DNA of 37,927 bases from Hydrurus foetidus (taxonomy: Eukaryota): assembly GCA_900617105.1 (NCBI GenBank), contig UYFQ01000481.1, positions 1 to 37,927 on the forward strand. The letters are read 5' to 3'. Both the position numbers and the translations under genes were made by a program. Below are positions 35,275-37,927 of this stretch, piece by piece. Below the pieces are notes generated by a model. The model saw only the letters and a list, made by a program, of their open reading frames with translations. It had not been told where the DNA came from and did not search any database. Positions within the stretch are counted from its first letter, which is position 1, and each line of letters starts with the position of its first letter.

Positions 35275-35301
35275 TAATAAGAAGCCTTTAAAGACTTTAT
35301 C

Positions 35302-37927
35302 ATGAGTCAAAAAGGTTCCAAAGGTGGTGCGCCACCGAGGAAAGATGAGGGTGCAAATGGATCCCTTGAAAAGAGGACCATACCCGCAGGATTGGTTGAG
35401 ATCAGCCATGATTGCCACAAGCAGTGGGATTCAATCATAGCTAAGCTGAAGGCGTACTGCAGAGATAACTATCAGGATCTACAGTCAATCTGTCAGGATC
35501 CGATGAAAGTGACTGTTGCACCGGCATACCGGAAGCACCTACCACCGATGGCCTCTGAGGCAGAACTGGAGGCGATCAGAAGAGAACGACCCAACTGGAG
35601 ATAAAAACAAGATCTTTATGGGACTACTCAGCGGCAGGAACAACCAGTACCTCAAGTTACTGACCCAACAGAGGATCGACAAGGAGAACTGCTACACAGT
35701 CATTCGAGAGATGTGTTCAGCACAGCTCAACTCGCTACTCGCTGTCGACGCTGCATTCATAGCCTGCGAAGAAGACGACCCACTCGAGTTGCTTCGTGTA
35801 ATCAAGCGCCTCGTCACGGCTCGACCAGATGGAAATGAAGAACTCGACCGTCAGAAAGCCCTCAGCGAGTGGTTTGGACTGAGAATGGAACATGGCGAGG
35901 TGATTCTAAGTTATGGCAGGCGTGCTATCAAAACATTTGAAAGACTCACCACGACTGGAATACCAGTGGAAGAACAGCCAAAGCCAAAGCAGCAATCAAT
36001 GCGCTTCATTGATGGACTCGATGGATCAGTTCCGGCATACCACGGTTACAAGATGTACCTGATCAATGCCAAACAGCAAACGGATCGAGACATATATCCA
36101 GCGACACTCGTCGACGCAATCCTACGAGCAACAAGATTTGAGACTTCATTCATTGAGAATATCAATGCAACCCTCCCGACAACGCCACATTCAGCATTCG
36201 GAGCTCAGCAGCAGACTGAAGATCGAGGAAAAAAGGGTGGCAAGCAGTTGGGAAAGGGCAAGGGTCACAAAGACAAACCTTCCGGCAAAGACACCAAGGC
36301 TGAATCTGACAAAGACAAGCCAAAAACAAAGTTCGAAGGCGAGTGTTTCAACTGTGGCAAGTTTGGCCACCGAAAATCTGAGTGCCGGAGCAAGGCGAAA
36401 GACGAGCCGAAAAAGGTGCGATTTGAGAAAAATCCAGAGCCGGCAAACAAGGCGAGCAGTCACTCCTCATATTACACATCATTTGGCAACATGCATGATG
36501 AAGAGGATGAAGAAATGGAAGATGATGATCGAAGATGCAATGTCGCGTTGAAAGGATCTCCACCCGACGACGGTGACGGAATCAGTCTACAGGCCACCCG
36601 AACTTCAATCCAACCATCATCGACCGAAGCGATTTTCGACACCGGTGCCACCGGCACAATCATCACAAGCGCTGATGTTCTCTCAGAGATTTGGACGTGT
36701 CGGCCAACTGTGTTTAAGGGCTTGCATGGATCCTTGACAGTGACAAAAGTCGGCAGACTTGGTGATATCGGCATCGTTCACTTCGATGATCGGGCGGCGC
36801 TCTCCATCATTTCAGCTTCGGATATCCTTTTGCAAGGACACAACTGGGAGTTCCAACGTGGAGGACATGTTGATCAAGATGCTTTCCTGGTGCACACAGC
36901 AAAGCAAACCTATCGCTTTCAACATCGAGGTGGACTCTATGTTTGCGATCTTGCATCACGACCAGAGCCTCGACATGAGAGCTCCAACAAGTCGAGATTA
37001 GAGTCAGCCAACCCCGCCATCGCTCTCAATAAGGCAGGAGGACCTTTTTCTCAGCTCCTTTGCCAACAACAACGGCAAATGAGGCAGCGTACTCCAAGCG
37101 CGAGGTTGCTCGAAGCTTCGATGCCCGACGGCTACAAGCAAGCCTTGGATTCCCACCCGACGCCAAGATGATCTCTGCTTTGAACGCCGGAGCATTCCTC
37201 AACTGCGACATCCTTCCTGAAGATGTTAATCGAGCAACTGCGATCTGGGGTGCCAACATCGCTGCTCTGAAAGGGCGAACAGTTCGAGCCCGACCATTTC
37301 CAGCATTGCAAAGTCACCGTGATTTTAAAAGTCACCGTGATTTTAAAAGTCACCGTGATTCTGATGAGCAACACATGCATTGTGATGTCATGTTTGTCAA
37401 TAAGCAACCATTCCTGGTTTCCATCACACATCCTCTTGGCATTGTCCTCGTTGCTTGCGTGGAGAATCTCACAGCGCCAATCCTGAGACAAAGCATCAGG
37501 AGGATGTTCGGCACCATCGGATCCCGCAGTATCAAGATCACCCGCTTCACCAGCGACAATGAACGAGGGATCGCGGCGCTTGCAGGAGACATGAATGCAA
37601 TGGGCGTGGCCGTCTCTCTCGTCGGACCAGGTCAGCATGATCACATCGTGGAGCGGATGATCCGCCACCTGAAGGAGACCATTCGGGCCACCATACACAG
37701 CCTACCCTACCTAGTCGCTGACGCGATGATGAATCACTTGGTGCTGAGCTGCTCCAAGAAACTACTGTTGTTCCCTTCGTCCACACGAACGGACAAAATA
37801 TCTCCCTTTGAGGCCTTCTTCGGGAGAAAGGCTGATACAAAGATGGACATCGGTCCACCTTTCGGCACCTACTGTCAGGTCACCAACCGCACCATGTCGA
37901 ATGGCATGGACCAGCGCACGATTGGAT
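35302..37927 (+). pseudogene. gag-pol: Copia-3 gag-pol (frameshifts near 35580 and 37040)
   Basis: DDPLELL, CFNCGKFGHRKSEC and IFDTGATG. An unlisted frame reads LGFPPD...DVNRATAIWGANIAALKGRT, HCDVMFV, TSDNE and VERMIRHLKE. Confidence 0.92.
37310..37360 (+). repeat. 18-bp tandem repeat, about 2.8 copies
   Basis: aaagtcaccgtgatttta repeated; in frame it reads (SHRDFK)n. Confidence 0.95.

Larger units (their letters stand above)
35022..37927 (+). mobile_element. Ty1/Copia LTR retrotransposon Copia-3 (CoDi-like), runs off the window
   Basis: TGTTGG start, then gag, PR and IN in Copia order. Has the same non-HHCC integrase N-terminus as Copia-1. Confidence 0.9.

Noticed and set aside
37310..37360. 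Repeat array as CRISPR
   Set aside because: There are no spacers, and the context is eukaryotic coding sequence.

Overview
This is eukaryotic DNA, probably from a stramenopile such as an ochrophyte. That is an inference from the CoDi-like Copia elements and the 60-80 nt introns. About 90% of the window is a nest of transposons that can be rebuilt from their junctions. A minus-strand Ty1/Copia element (Copia-1, 629-28998, part of an LTR-sharing tandem) has its 5' LTR split by a 5'-truncated Helitron-like element (6603-28897). That element encodes a PIF1 helicase, a Ulp1/C48 protease and a convergent unknown gene, and is flanked by a 47-bp duplication. Inside it sit a PIF/Harbinger transposon (9948-20178), which carries a young tRNA-primed Copia-2 (11001-18442), and a chromodomain Gypsy (21672-27950), which carries a probable solo LTR. 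Next come a non-autonomous TIR element with an intact-looking Tc1 (DD34E) inserted in its TIR, two host genes (an FkbM-like methyltransferase and a VIT1/CCC1 transporter), and Copia-3 running off the right edge. The best signal is that Copia-1 and Copia-3 both lack a tRNA PBS. Each instead has a 10-11 nt PBS-position sequence exactly complementary to an Inr-like site inside its own LTR, the architecture of Tf1-type self-priming, here in Copia elements. All comparisons were made by eye; no searches were run.
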